Assembly (NCBI RefSeq): GCF_009914755.1
Contig: NC_060933.1
Strand: one strand, 5' to 3'
DNA from: the human T2T-CHM13v2.0 reference genome, Homo sapiens
Length of the DNA: 64,000 nt
Shown here: in pieces, positions 37,901-50,500 of the stretch
How the letters are laid out: each line of letters opens with the position of its first letter
Position numbering within the stretch: the first letter of the stretch is position 1
Notes under the pieces: generated by a model
Database searches by the model: none
What the model was told of the DNA's origin: nothing
The model's input: the letters and a program-made list of their open reading frames with translations, nothing else
Translations under genes and position numbers: made by a program

Positions 37901-40900
37901 GTGCAGAGGTATGTCACAATGCCCCCATAGGCAGACCCAAGACAAGAGTCCGTCACCTGGGTGATCAGAGCAGAGATATGTGAGAATTCCCGTGTAGGCA
38001 GAGCCTCGACAAGTGTTACATAACCTAGGTTATCAGTGCCACTATAAATCATAAAGAATCCTGTAGGCAGAGCATGGACAAGAGTACCCTCCCCAGAGTG
38101 ATCAGTGCAGAGAGGTGTCACAAAGCCCATGTAGGCAGAGCCCAGACAAGAGTTTCATCACTTGGTTGATCAGTTCAGAGATGTGTCAAAATGTCCATGT
38201 AGGCAGATCTAAGACAAGAGTCCATCACCTTGGTGATCAGTGAAGGGATATGTACTAATGTCCCATGTAGTCAGTGCCTAGACAAGATTTGCCTCACGTC
38301 AGAGATCAGTGCAGAGATATGTCACAAAGCCTTCTGTAGGCAAAGCCCATACAAGGCTTACATCACCTAGGTGATCAATACAGTGATATGTCACAAAAGT
38401 CCCTGTAAACAGAGGCTAGAAAAGAGTTACATCAACTGGTTGTTCAGTGCAGATGTTTGACACAATGCCCCCATAGACAGAACCTAGACAGGACTTCCAT
38501 CACCTGGGTGATCAGTGCAGAGATATGTCTCAAATCCCCCTGTAGGCAGAGTATAGACAAGAGTCCCATCACCTGGGTGATCAGTGCAGTGATATTTCAC
38601 AAAGCCCCTGTAGGCAGAGTGGTCAAGAGTTACATAACCTAGGTGATCTGTGCAGAGCTATGTCAAAACGCCCCTGTAGGCAGAGCCCAGATAAATGTTA
38701 CATCACCTGGGAGATCAGTGCAGAGTTACGTCACAGTACCCCCTGTAGGTGGAGCCTAGACAAGAGTTAGATCACCTGGGTGATCAGTGCAGAGATACGT
38801 CACGATAACCCCTGTAGGTGGAGCCTAGACAAGAGATACATCACCCGGGTGATCAGTACAGAAATATGTCACAAAGCCCCTGTAGGCCAAGCCTAGACAA
38901 GGATTACATCTCCTGGGTGATCAGTGCAGAAATATGTCACAAAGCCCTGTAGGCCGAGCCAAGAAAAGAGTTACATCTCCTGGGTGATCAGTGCAAAGAT
39001 ATGTCACGAAGCCCCCTGCAGGCATATCCCAGAAAATTGGTACATCACCTGGGCGATCAGTGGAGATATCTGTCACAATCCCCTTTAGGCGCAGCTTAGA
39101 CAAGCGTTACATCAGATGAGTGATCAGTGCAGACAGATGTCACTGTGCCCCCATAGGCTGATCCAAGACAAGAGTCCATCACCTGGCTGATCAGTGCAGA
39201 AATATGCCACAATGCCGCCAGTGGGCAGATAGAGACAAGTATTACATCACCTGTGTGATCACTTCAGAGATATGTCAAAATGCCCCTGTAGGCAGAGCCA
39301 AGACAAGAGTCTCAACACCTGGGTGATCAGTGCAGAGTTATGTCACAATGCCTCCTTTTGGCAGAGCCTAGACAAAGGTTACATCACCTGGGAGATCAGG
39401 GCAGAGATATGTCACAATGCCACCTGTAAGCAGATCCCAGACACTAGTTGCATAACCTCGGTGATCAGTGCAGAGATATGTCTCCAAACACCCTGTCGGC
39501 GAAGCCTATACGAGAGTTACATAATATCGGTGATCCGTGCAGTGATGTGTTAACATGCCCCTGTAGGCAGAGGCTAGACAAAAGTTACATCACCTGGGTG
39601 ATCAGTGCAGAGATATCTCACAATAACCCTGTAAGCAGAGCCAAGACAAGAGTTACATCACCTGCGAGATAAGTGCAGAGATATGTCATAAATCTCACAG
39701 AAGGCAAAGCCTAGACAAGTTTTACATCACCTCAGCGAGCAGTACAGGGATAGTTCCCAATGTCCCTCTAGGCAGAGCTTAGACAAGAGTCACATGTCCT
39801 GGGTGATCAGTGCAGAGATAAGTAACAATGCCTCCATAGGCCGAGCCTAGACATGTGTTACATTACCCAGGTGACCCGTGCAGAGTGATGTCACATCGCC
39901 CTCTGTAGGCATAGACTAAAAAGTGTTACATCACCTGGGTGATCAGTGCAGAGATATGTCACAATGCGCCCTGTAGACAGAGCATAGAGAAGAGTTGCAT
40001 CACCTGGGTAATCAGTGCAGGGATATGTCACCATTTCCCCTGTAGTCAGAGCATAGAGAAGCGTTGCATCACCTGGGTGATCATTGCAGAGATATGTCAC
40101 AATGTCCCCTGTTGGCAAAGCCTAGGCAAGGGTTACATCACGTTTGTCATCAGTTCAGGGATATGTGGAAACGACCCTGGAGGCAGGGCATAGACAACAG
40201 TTATATCCCCTAATGATCAGTGTAGAGATATTTCACAATACTCCTGTAGGCAGATCCTAGACAAGAGTTGAATCACCTGGGTGATCAGTGCAGTGATATG
40301 TCACAAAGCTCCTGTAGGCAGAACTTAGATGAGTTACATTACTTGGGTGATCAGTGCAAAGCTATGTCACAAAGCCCCCTGTGTGCAAAGCCTAGACAAT
40401 ATTTACATCACTTACTTGGGTGACTTGTGGCGAGATCTCTCACAATTCCCCTGTAGGCAAAGCTTATACAACAGTTACATCACCTGAGTGATCAGTGCAG
40501 AGGTATGTCACAATGCCCCCATAGGCAGACCCAAGACAAGAGTCCGTCACCTGGGTGATCAGAGCAGAGATATGTGAGAATTCCCGTGGAGGCAGAGCCT
40601 CGACAAGTGTTACATAACCTAGGTTATCAGTGCCACTATAAATCATAAAGAATCCTGTAGGCAGAGCATAGACAAGAGTACCCTCCCCAGAGTGATCAGT
40701 GCAGAGAGGTGTCACAAAGCCCATGTAGGCAGAGCCTAGACAACAGTTTCATCACTTGGTTGATCAGTTCAGAGATGTGTCAAAATGTCCATGTAGGCAG
40801 ATCTAAGACAAGAGTCCATCACCTGGGTGATCAGTGAAGGGATATGTACTAATGTCCCATGTAGTCAGTGCCTAGACAAGTGTTGCCTCACGTCAGAGAT

Positions 40901-42350
40901 CAGTGCAGAGATATGTCACAAAGCCTTCTGTAGGCAAAGCCCATACAAGGCTTACATCACCTAGGTGATCAATACAGTGATATGTCACAAAAGTCCCTGT
41001 AAACAGAGGCTAGAAAAGAGTTACATCACCTGGTTGTTCAATGCAGATATTTGACACAATGCCCCCATAGACAGAACCTAGACAGGACTTCCATCATCTG
41101 GGTGATCAGTGCAGAGATATGTCTCAAATCCCCCTGTAGGCAGAGTATAGAGAAGAGTCCCGTCACCTGGGTGATCAGTGCAGTGATATTTCACAAAGCC
41201 CCTGTAGGCAGAGTGGTCAAGAGTTACATAACCTAGGTGATCTGTGCACAGCTATGTCAAAACGCCCCTGTAGGCAGAGCCCAGATAAATGTTACATCAC
41301 CTGGGAGATCAGTGCAGAGATACGTCACAATACCCCCTGTAGGTGGAGCCTAGACAAGAGTTAGATCACCTGGGTGATCAGTGCAGAGATACGTCACAAT
41401 AACCCCTGAAGGTGGAGCCTAGACAAGAGTTACATCACCCGGGTGATCAGTACAGAAATATGTCACAAAGCCCCTGTAGGCCAAGCCTAGACAAGGATTA
41501 CATCTCCTGGGTGATCAGTGCAGAAATATGTCACAAATCCCTGTAGGCCGAGCCAAGACAAGAGTTATATCTCCTGGGTGATCAGTGCAAAGATATGTCA
41601 CGAAGCCCCCTGCAGGCATATCCCAGAATATTGGTACATCACCTGGGCGATGAGTGGAGATATCTGTCACAATACCCTTTAGGCGCAGCTTAGACAAGCG
41701 TTACATCAGATGAGTGATCAGTGCAGACATATGTCACTGTGCCCCCATAGGCTGATCCAAGACAAGAGTCCATCACCTGGCTGATCAGTGCAGAAATATG
41801 CCACAATGCCGCCAGTGGGCAGATAGAGACAAGTATTACATCACCTGTGTGATCACTTCAGAGATATGTCAAAATGCCCCTGTAGGGAGAGCCTAGACAA
41901 GAGTCTCAACACCTGGGTGATCAGTGCAGAGTTATGTCACAATGCCTCCTTTTGGCAGAGCCTAGACAAAGGTTACATCACCTGGGAGATCAGGGCAGAG
42001 ATATGTCACAATGCCACCTGTAAGCAGATCCCAGACACTAGTTGCATAACCTCGGTGATCACTGCAGAGATATGTCACCAAACACCCTGTCGGAGAAGCC
42101 TATACGAGAGTTACATAATATCGGTGATCGGTGCAGTGATATGTTAACATGCCCCTGTAGGCAGAGGCTAGACAAGAGTTACATCACCTGGGTGATCAGT
42201 GCAGAGATATCTCACAATAAACCTGTAAGCAGAGCCAAGACAAGAGTTACATCACCTGCGAGATAAGTGCAGAGATATGTCATAAATCTCACAGAACGCA
42301 AAGCCTAGACAAGTTTTACATCACCTCAGCGAGCAGTACAGGGATAGATC
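31980..42350 (+). repeat. Tandem duplication of a two-HOR segment, period 5,188 bp (ends approximate)
   Basis: ORF pairs 32682/37870, 33733/38921, 34084/39272, 35276/40464 and 36327/41515 are identical at offset 5,188. Shared private variants include CCCGTGGAGG, GCGATGAGTGG and TAGGGAGAGCC. The junction is at ~37161-37173. Confidence 0.87.
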
Positions 42351-42369
42351 CCAATGTCCCTCTAGGCAG

Positions 42370-45300
42370 AGTTTAGACAAGAGTCACATGTCCTGGGTGA
42401 TCAGTGCAGAGATAAGTAACAATGCCTCCATAGGCCGAGCCTAGACAAGTGTTACATAACCCAGGTGAGCCGTGCAGAGTGATGTCACAACGCCCTCTGT
42501 AGGCACAGACTAGAAAGTGTTACATCACCTGGGTGATCAGTGCAGAGATATGTCACAATGCGCCCTGTAGGCAGAGCATAGAGAAGAGCTGCATCACCTA
42601 GGTAATCAGTGCAGAGATATGTCACCATTTCCCCTGTAGTCAGAGCATAGAGAAGCGTTGCATCACCTGGGTGATCATTGCAGAGATATGTCACAATGTC
42701 CCCTGTTGGCAAAGCCTAGGCAAGGGTTACATCACGTTTGTCATCAGTTCAGGGATATGTGGAAACGACCCTGGAGGCAGGGCATAGACAACAGTTATAT
42801 CCCCTAATGATCAGTGTAGAGATATTTCACAATACTCCTGTAGGCAGGTCCTAGACAAGAGTTGAATCACCTGGGTGATCAGTGCAGTGATATGTCACAA
42901 AGCTCCTGTAGGCAGAACTTAGATGAGTTACATCACTTGGGTGATCAGTGCAAAGCTATGTCACAAAGCCCCCTGTGTGCAAAGCCTAGACAATATTTAC
43001 ATCACTTACTTGGGTGACCTGTGGCGAGATCTCTCACAATTCCCCTGTAGGCAAAGCTTATACAACAGTTACATCACCTGAGTAATCAGTGCAGAGGTAT
43101 GTCACAATGCCCCCATAGGCAGACCCAAGACAAGAGTCCGTCACCTGGGTGATCAGAGCAGAGATATGTGAGAATTCCCGTGTAGGCAGAGCCTCGACAT
43201 GTGTTACATAACCTAGGTTATCAGTGCCACTATAAATCATAAAGAATCCTGTAGGCAGAGCATAGACAAGAGTACCCTCCCCAGAGTGATCAGTGCAGAG
43301 AGGTGTCACAAAGCCCATGTAGGCAGAGCCCAGACAACAGTTTCATCACTTGGTTGATCAGTTCAGAGATGTGTCAAAATGTCCATGTAGGCAGATCTAA
43401 GACAAGAGTCCATCACCTGGGTGATCAGTGAAGGGATATGTACTAATGTCCCATGTAGTCAGTGCCTAGACAAGAGTTGCCTCACGTCAGAGATCAGTGC
43501 AGAGATATGTCACAAATCCTTCTGTAGGCAAAGCCCATACAAGGCTTACATCACCTAGGTGATCAATACAGTGATATGCCACAAAAGTCCCTGTATACAG
43601 AGGCTAGAAAAGAGTTACATCACCTGGTTGTTCTGTGCAGATGTTTGACACAATGCCCCCATAGACAGAACCTAGACAGGACTTCCATCACCTGGGTGAT
43701 CAGTGCAGAGATATGTCTCAAATCCCCCTGTAGGCAGAGTATAGACAAGAGTCCCATCACCTGGGTGATCAGTGCAGTGATATTTCACAAAGCCCCTGTA
43801 GGCAGAGTGGTCAAGAGTTACATAACCTAGGTGATCTGTGCAGAGTTATGTCAAAACGCCGCTGTAGGCAGAGCCCAGATAAATGTTACATCACCTGGGA
43901 GATCAGTGCAGAGATACTTCACAATACCCCTTGTAGGTGGAGCCTAGACAAGAGTTAGATCACCTGGGTGACCAGTGCAGAGATACGTCACAATAACCCC
44001 TGTAGGTGGAGCCTAGACAAGAGATACATCACCCGGGTGATCAGTACAGAAATATGTTACAAAGCCCCTGTAGGACAAGCCTAGACAAGGATTACATCTC
44101 CTGGGTGATCAGTGCAGAAATATGTCACAAAGCCCTGTAGGCCGAGCCAAGAAAAGAATTACATCTCCTGGGTGATCAGTGCAAAGATATGTCACGAAGC
44201 CCCCTGCAGGCATATCCCAGAAAATTGGTACATCACCTGGGCGATCAGTGGAGATATCTGTCACAATCCCCTTTAGGCGCAGCTTAGACAAGCGTTACAT
44301 CAGATGAGTGATCAGTGCAGACAGATGTCACTGTGCCCCCATAGGCTGATCCAAGACAAGAGTCCATCACCTGGCTGATCAGTGCAGAAATATGCCACAA
44401 TGCCGCCAGTGGGCAGATAGAGACACGTATTACATCACCTGTGTGATCACATCAGAGATATGTCAAAATGCCCCTGTAGGCAGAGCCTAGACAAGAGTCT
44501 CAACACCTGGGTGATCAGTGCAGAGTTATGTCACAATGCCTCCTTTTGGCAGAGCCTAGACAAAGGTTACATCACCTGGGAGATCAGGGCAGAGATATGT
44601 CACAATGCCACCTGTAAGCAGATCCCAGACACTAGTTGCATAACCTCGGTGATCAGTGCAGAGATATGTCACCAAACACCCTGTCGGCGAAGCCTATACG
44701 AGAGTTACATAATATCGGTGATCGGTGCAGTGATATGTTAACATGCCCCTGTAGGCAGAGGCTAGACAAGAGTTACATCACCTGGGTGATCAGTGCAGAG
44801 ATATCTCACAATAACCCTGTAAGCAGAGCCAAGACAAGAGTTACATCACCTGCGAGATAAGTGCAGAGATATGTCATAAATCTCACAGAAGGCAAAGCCT
44901 AGACATGTTTTACATCACCTCAGCGAGCAGTACAGGGATAGATCCCAATGTCCCTCTAGGCAGAGTTTAGACAAGAGTCACATGTCCTGGGTGATCAGTG
45001 CAGAGATAAGTAACAATGCCTCCATAGGCCGAGCCTAGACAAGTGTTACATAACCCAGGTGAGCCGTGCAGAGTGATGTCACAACGCCCTCTGTAGGCAC
45101 AGACTAGAAAGTGTTACATCACCTGGGTGATCAGTGCAGAGATATGTCACAATGCGCCCTGTAGGCAGAGCATAGAGAAGAGTTGCATCACCTAGGTAAT
45201 CAGTGCAGAGATATGTCACCATTTCCCCTGTAGTCAGAGCATAGAGAAGCGTTGCATCACCTGGGTGATCATTGCAGAGATATGTCACAATGTCCCCTGT

Positions 45301-47500
45301 TGGCAAAGCCTAGGCAAGGGTTACATCACGTTTGTCCTCAGTTCAGGGATATGTGGAAACGACCCTGGAGGCAGGGCATAGACAACAGTTATATCCCCTA
45401 ATGATCAGTGTAGAGATATTTCACAATACTCCTGTAGGCAGATCCTAGACAAGAGTTGAATCACCTGGGTGATCAGTGCAGTGATATGTCACAAAGCTCC
45501 TGTAGGCAGAACTTAGATGAGTTACATCACTTGGGTGATCAGTGCAAAGCTATGTCACAAAGCCCCCTGTGTGCAAAGCCTAGACAATATTTACATCACT
45601 TACTTGGGTGACCTGTGGCGAGATCTCTCACAATTCCCCTGTAGGCAAAGCTTATACAACAGTTACATCACCTGAGTAATCAGTGCAGAGGTATGTCACA
45701 ATGCCCCCATAGGCAGACCCAAGACAAGAGTCCGTCACCTGGGTGATCAGAGCAGAGATATGTGAGAATTCCCGTGTAGGCAGAGCCTCGACAAGTGTTA
45801 CATAACCTAGGTTATCAGTGCCACTATAAATCATAAAGAATCCTGTAGGCAGAGCATAGACAAGAGTACCCTCCCCAGAGTGATCAGTGCAGAGAGGTGT
45901 CACAAAGCCCATGTAGGCAGAGCCCAGACAACAGTTTCATCACTTGGTTGATCAGTTCAGAGATGTGTCAAAATGTCCATGTAGGCAGATCTAAGACAAG
46001 AGTCCATCACCTGGGTGATCAGTGAAGGGATATGTACTAATGTCCCATGTAGTCAGTGCCTAGACAAGAGTTGCCTCACGTCAGAGATCAGTGCAGAGAT
46101 ATGTCACAAATCCTTCTGTAGGCAAAGCCCATACAAGGCTTACATCACCTAGGTGATCAATACAGTGATATGCCACAAAAGTCCCTGTATACAGAGGCTA
46201 GAAAAGAGTTACATCACCTGGTTGTTCTGTGCAGATGTTTGACACAATGCCCCCATAGACAGAACCTAGACAGGACTTCCATCACCTGGGTGATCAGTGC
46301 AGAGATATGTCTCAAATCCCCCTGTAGGCAGAGTATAGACAAGAGTCCCATCACCTGGGTGATCAGTGCAGTGATATTTCACAAAGCCCCTGTAGGCAGA
46401 GTGGTCAAGAGTTACATAACCTAGGTGATCTGTGCAGAGTTATGTCAAAACGCCGCTGTAGGCAGAGCCCAGATAAATGTTACATCACCTGGGAGATCAG
46501 TGCAGAGATACTTCACAATACCCCCTGTAGGTGGAGCCTAGACAAGAGTTCGATCACCTGGGTGACCAGTGCAGAGATACGTCACAATAACCCCTGTAGG
46601 TGGAGCCTAGACAAGAGATACATCACCCGGGTGATCAGTACAGAAATATGTTACAAAGCCCCTGTAGGCCAAGCCTAGACAAGGATTACATCTCTTGGGT
46701 GATCAGTGCAGAAATATGTCACAAAGCCCTGTAGGCCGAGCCAAGAAAAGAGTTACATCTCCTGGGTGATCAGTGCAAAGATATGTCACGAAGCCCCCTG
46801 CAGGCATATCCCAGAAAATTGGTACATCACCTGGGCGATCAGTGGAGATATCTGTCACAATCCCCTTTAGGCGCAGCTTAGACAAGCGTTACATCACATG
46901 AGTGATCAGTGCAGACAGATGTCACTGTGCCCCCATAGGCTGATCCAAGACAAGAGTCCATCACCTGGCTGATCAGTGCAGAAATATGCCACAATGCCGC
47001 CAGTGGGCAGATAGAGACAAGTATTACATCACCTGTGTGATCACATCAGAGATATGTCAAAATGCCCCTGTAGGCAGAGCTTAGACAAGAGTCTCAACAC
47101 CTGGGTGATCAGTGCAGAGTTATGTCACAATGCCTCCTTTTGGCAGAGCCTAGACAAAGGTTACATCACCTGGGAGATCAGGGCAGAGATATGTCACAAT
47201 GCCACCTGTAAGCAGATCCCAGACACTAGTTGCATAACCTCGGTGATCAGTGCAGAGATATGTCACCAAACACCCTGTCGGCGAAGCCTATACGAGAGTT
47301 ACATAATATCGGTGATCGGTGCAGTGATATGTTAACATGCCCCTGTAGGCAGAGGCTAGACAAGAGTTACATCACCTGGGTGATCAGTGCAGAGATATCT
47401 CACAATAACCCTGTAAGCAGAGCCAAGACAAGAGTTACATCACCTGCGAGATAAGTGCAGAGATATGTCATAAATCTCACAGAAGGCAAAGCCTAGACAA
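42370..47500 (+). repeat. Tandem duplication of a single HOR, period 2,594 bp (ends approximate)
   Basis: The private ORF MPQKSLYTEARK occurs at 43576 and 46170. Shared private variants include GAGTTTAGAC, CACCTAGGTAATC, GAGTAATCAG, AACGCCGCTG and GATCACATCAG. Confidence 0.82.
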
Positions 47501-50500
47501 GTTTTACATCACCTCAGCGAGCAGTACAGTGATAGATCCCAATGTCCCTCTAGGCAGAGCTTAGACAAGAGTCACATGTCCTGGGTGATCAGTGCAGAGA
47601 TAAGTAACAATGCCTCCATAGGCCGAGCCTAGACAAGTGTTACATAACCCAGGTGAGCCGTGCAGAGTGATGTCACAACGCCCTCTGTAGGCACAGACTA
47701 GAAAGTGTTACATCACCTGGGTGATCAGTGCAGAGATATGTCACAATGCGCCCTGTAGGCAGAGCATAGAGAAGAGTTGCATCACCTGGGTAATCAGTGC
47801 AGAGATATGTCAACATTTCCCCTGTAGTCAGAGCATAGAGAAGCGTTGCATCACCTTGGTGATCATTGCAGAGATATGTCACAATGTCCCCTGTAGGCAA
47901 AGCCTAGGCAAGGGTTATGTCACGTTTGTCATCAGTTCAGGGATATGTGGAAACGCCCCTGGAGGCAGGGCCTAGACAACAGTTATATCCCCTAATGATC
48001 AGTGTAGAGATATTTCACAATACTCCTGTAGGCAGATCCTAGACAAGAGTTGAATCACCTGGGTGATCAATGCAGAGATATGTCACAAAGCTCCTGTAGG
48101 CAGAACTTAGATGAGTTACATCTCTTGGGTGATCAGTGCAAAGCTATGTCACAAAGCCCCCTGTGTGCAAAGCCTAGACAATATTTACATCACTTACTTG
48201 GGTGACCTGTGGCGAGATCTCTCACAATTCCCCTGTAGGCAGAGCTTACACAACAGTTACATCACCTGAGTGATCAGTGCAGAGGTATGTCACAATGCCC
48301 CCATAGGCAGACCCAAGACAAGAGTCCGTCACCTGGGTGATCAGAGCAGAGATATGTGAGAATTCCCGTGTAGGCAGAGCCTCGACAAGTGTTACATAAC
48401 CTAGGTTATCAGTGCCACTATAAGTCATAAAGAATTCTGTAGGCAGAGCATAGACAAGAGTACCCTCCCCAGAGTGATCAGTGCAGAGAGGTGTCACATA
48501 GCCCATGTAGGCAGAGCCCAGACAACAGTTTCATCACTTGGTTGATCAGTTCAGAGATGTGTCAAAATGTCCATGTAGGCAGATCTAAGACAAGAGTCCC
48601 TCAGCTGGGTAATCAGTGAAGGGATATGTATTAATGTCCCATGTAGTCAGTGCCTAGACAAGAGTTGCCTCACGTCAGAGATCAGTGCAGAGATATGTCA
48701 CAAAGCCTTCTGTAGGCAAAGCCCATACAAGGCTTACATCACCTAGGTGATCAATACAGTGATATGTCACAAAAGTCCCTGTAAGCAGAGGCTAGAAAAG
48801 AGTTACATCACCTGGTTGTTCAGAGAAGATGTTTGACACAATGCCCCCACAGACAGAACCTAGACAGGACTTCCATCACCTGGGTGATCAGTGCAGAGAT
48901 ATGTCTCAAATCCCCCTGTAGGCAGAGTATAGACAAGAGTCCCGTCACCTGGGTGATCAGTGCAGTGATATTTCCAAAGCCCCTGTAGGCAGAGTGATCA
49001 AGAGTTACATAACCTAGGTGATCTGTGCAGAGCTATGTCAAAACTCCCCTGTAGGCAGAGCCCAGATAAATGTTACATCACCTGGGAGATCAGTGCAGAG
49101 ATACGTCACAATACCCCCTGTAGGTGGAGCCTAGACAAGAGTTAGATCACCTGGGTGATCAGTGCAGAGATACGTCACAATAAACCCTGTAGGTGAAGCC
49201 TAGACAAGAGTTACATCACCTGGGTGATCAGTACAGAAATATGTCCCAAAGCCCCTGTAGGCCAAGCCTAAACAAGGATTACATCTCCTGGGTGATCAGT
49301 GCAGAAATATGTCACAAAGCCCTGTAGGCCGAGCCAAGACAAGAGTTACATCTCCTGGGTGATCAGTGCAAAGATATGTCACAAAGCCCCCTGCAGACAT
49401 ATCCCAGAAAATTGGTACATCACCTGGGCGATCCGTGGAGATATCTGTCACAATCCCCTTTAGGCGCAGCTTAGACAAGCGTTACATCAGATGAGTGATC
49501 AGTGCAGACAGATGTCACTGTGCCCCCATAGGCTGATCCAAGACAAGAGTCCATCACCTGGCTGATCAGTGCAGAAATATGCCACAATGCCGCCAGTGGG
49601 CAGATAGGGACAAGTATTACATCACCTGTGTGATCACTTCAGAGATATGTCAAAATGCCCCTGTAGGCGGAGCCTAGACAAGAGTCTCAACACCTGGGTG
49701 ATCAGTGCAGAGTTATGTCACAATGCCTCCTTTTGGCAGAGCCTAGACAAAGGTTACATCACCTGGGAGATCAGGGCAGAGATATGTCACAATGCCACCT
49801 GTAAGCAGATCCCAGACACTAGTTGCATAACCTCGGTGATCAGTGCAGAGATATGTCTCCAAACACCCTGTCTGCGAAGCCTATACGAGAGTTACATAAT
49901 ATCGGTGATCGGTGCAGTGATATGTTATCATGCCCCTGTAGGCAGAGGCTAGACAAGAGTTACATCACCTGGGTGATCAGTGCAGAGATATCTCACAATA
50001 ACCCTGTAAGCAGAGCCAAGACAAGAGTTACATCACCTGCGAGATAAGTGCAGAGATATGTCATAAGTCTCACAGAAGGCAAAGCCTAGACAAGTTTTAC
50101 ATCACCTCAGCGAGCAGTACAGGGATAGTTCCCAATGTCCCTCTAGGCAGAGCTTAGACAAGAGTCACATGTCCTGGGTGATCAGTGCAGAGATAAGTAA
50201 CAATGCCTCCATAGGGAGAGCCTAGACAAGTGTTACATAACCCAGGTGACCCGTGCAGAATGATGTCACAACGCCCTCTGTAGGCACAGACTAGAAAGTG
50301 TTACATCACCTGGGTGATCAGTGCAGAGATATGTCACAATGCGCCCAGTAGGCAGAGCATAGAGAAGAGTTGCATCACCTGGGTAATCAGTGCAGAGATA
50401 TGTCACCATTTCCCCTGTAGTCAGAGCATAGAGAAGCATTGCATCACCTGGGTGATCATTGCAGAGATATGTCACAATGTCCCCTGTAGGCAAAGCCTAG

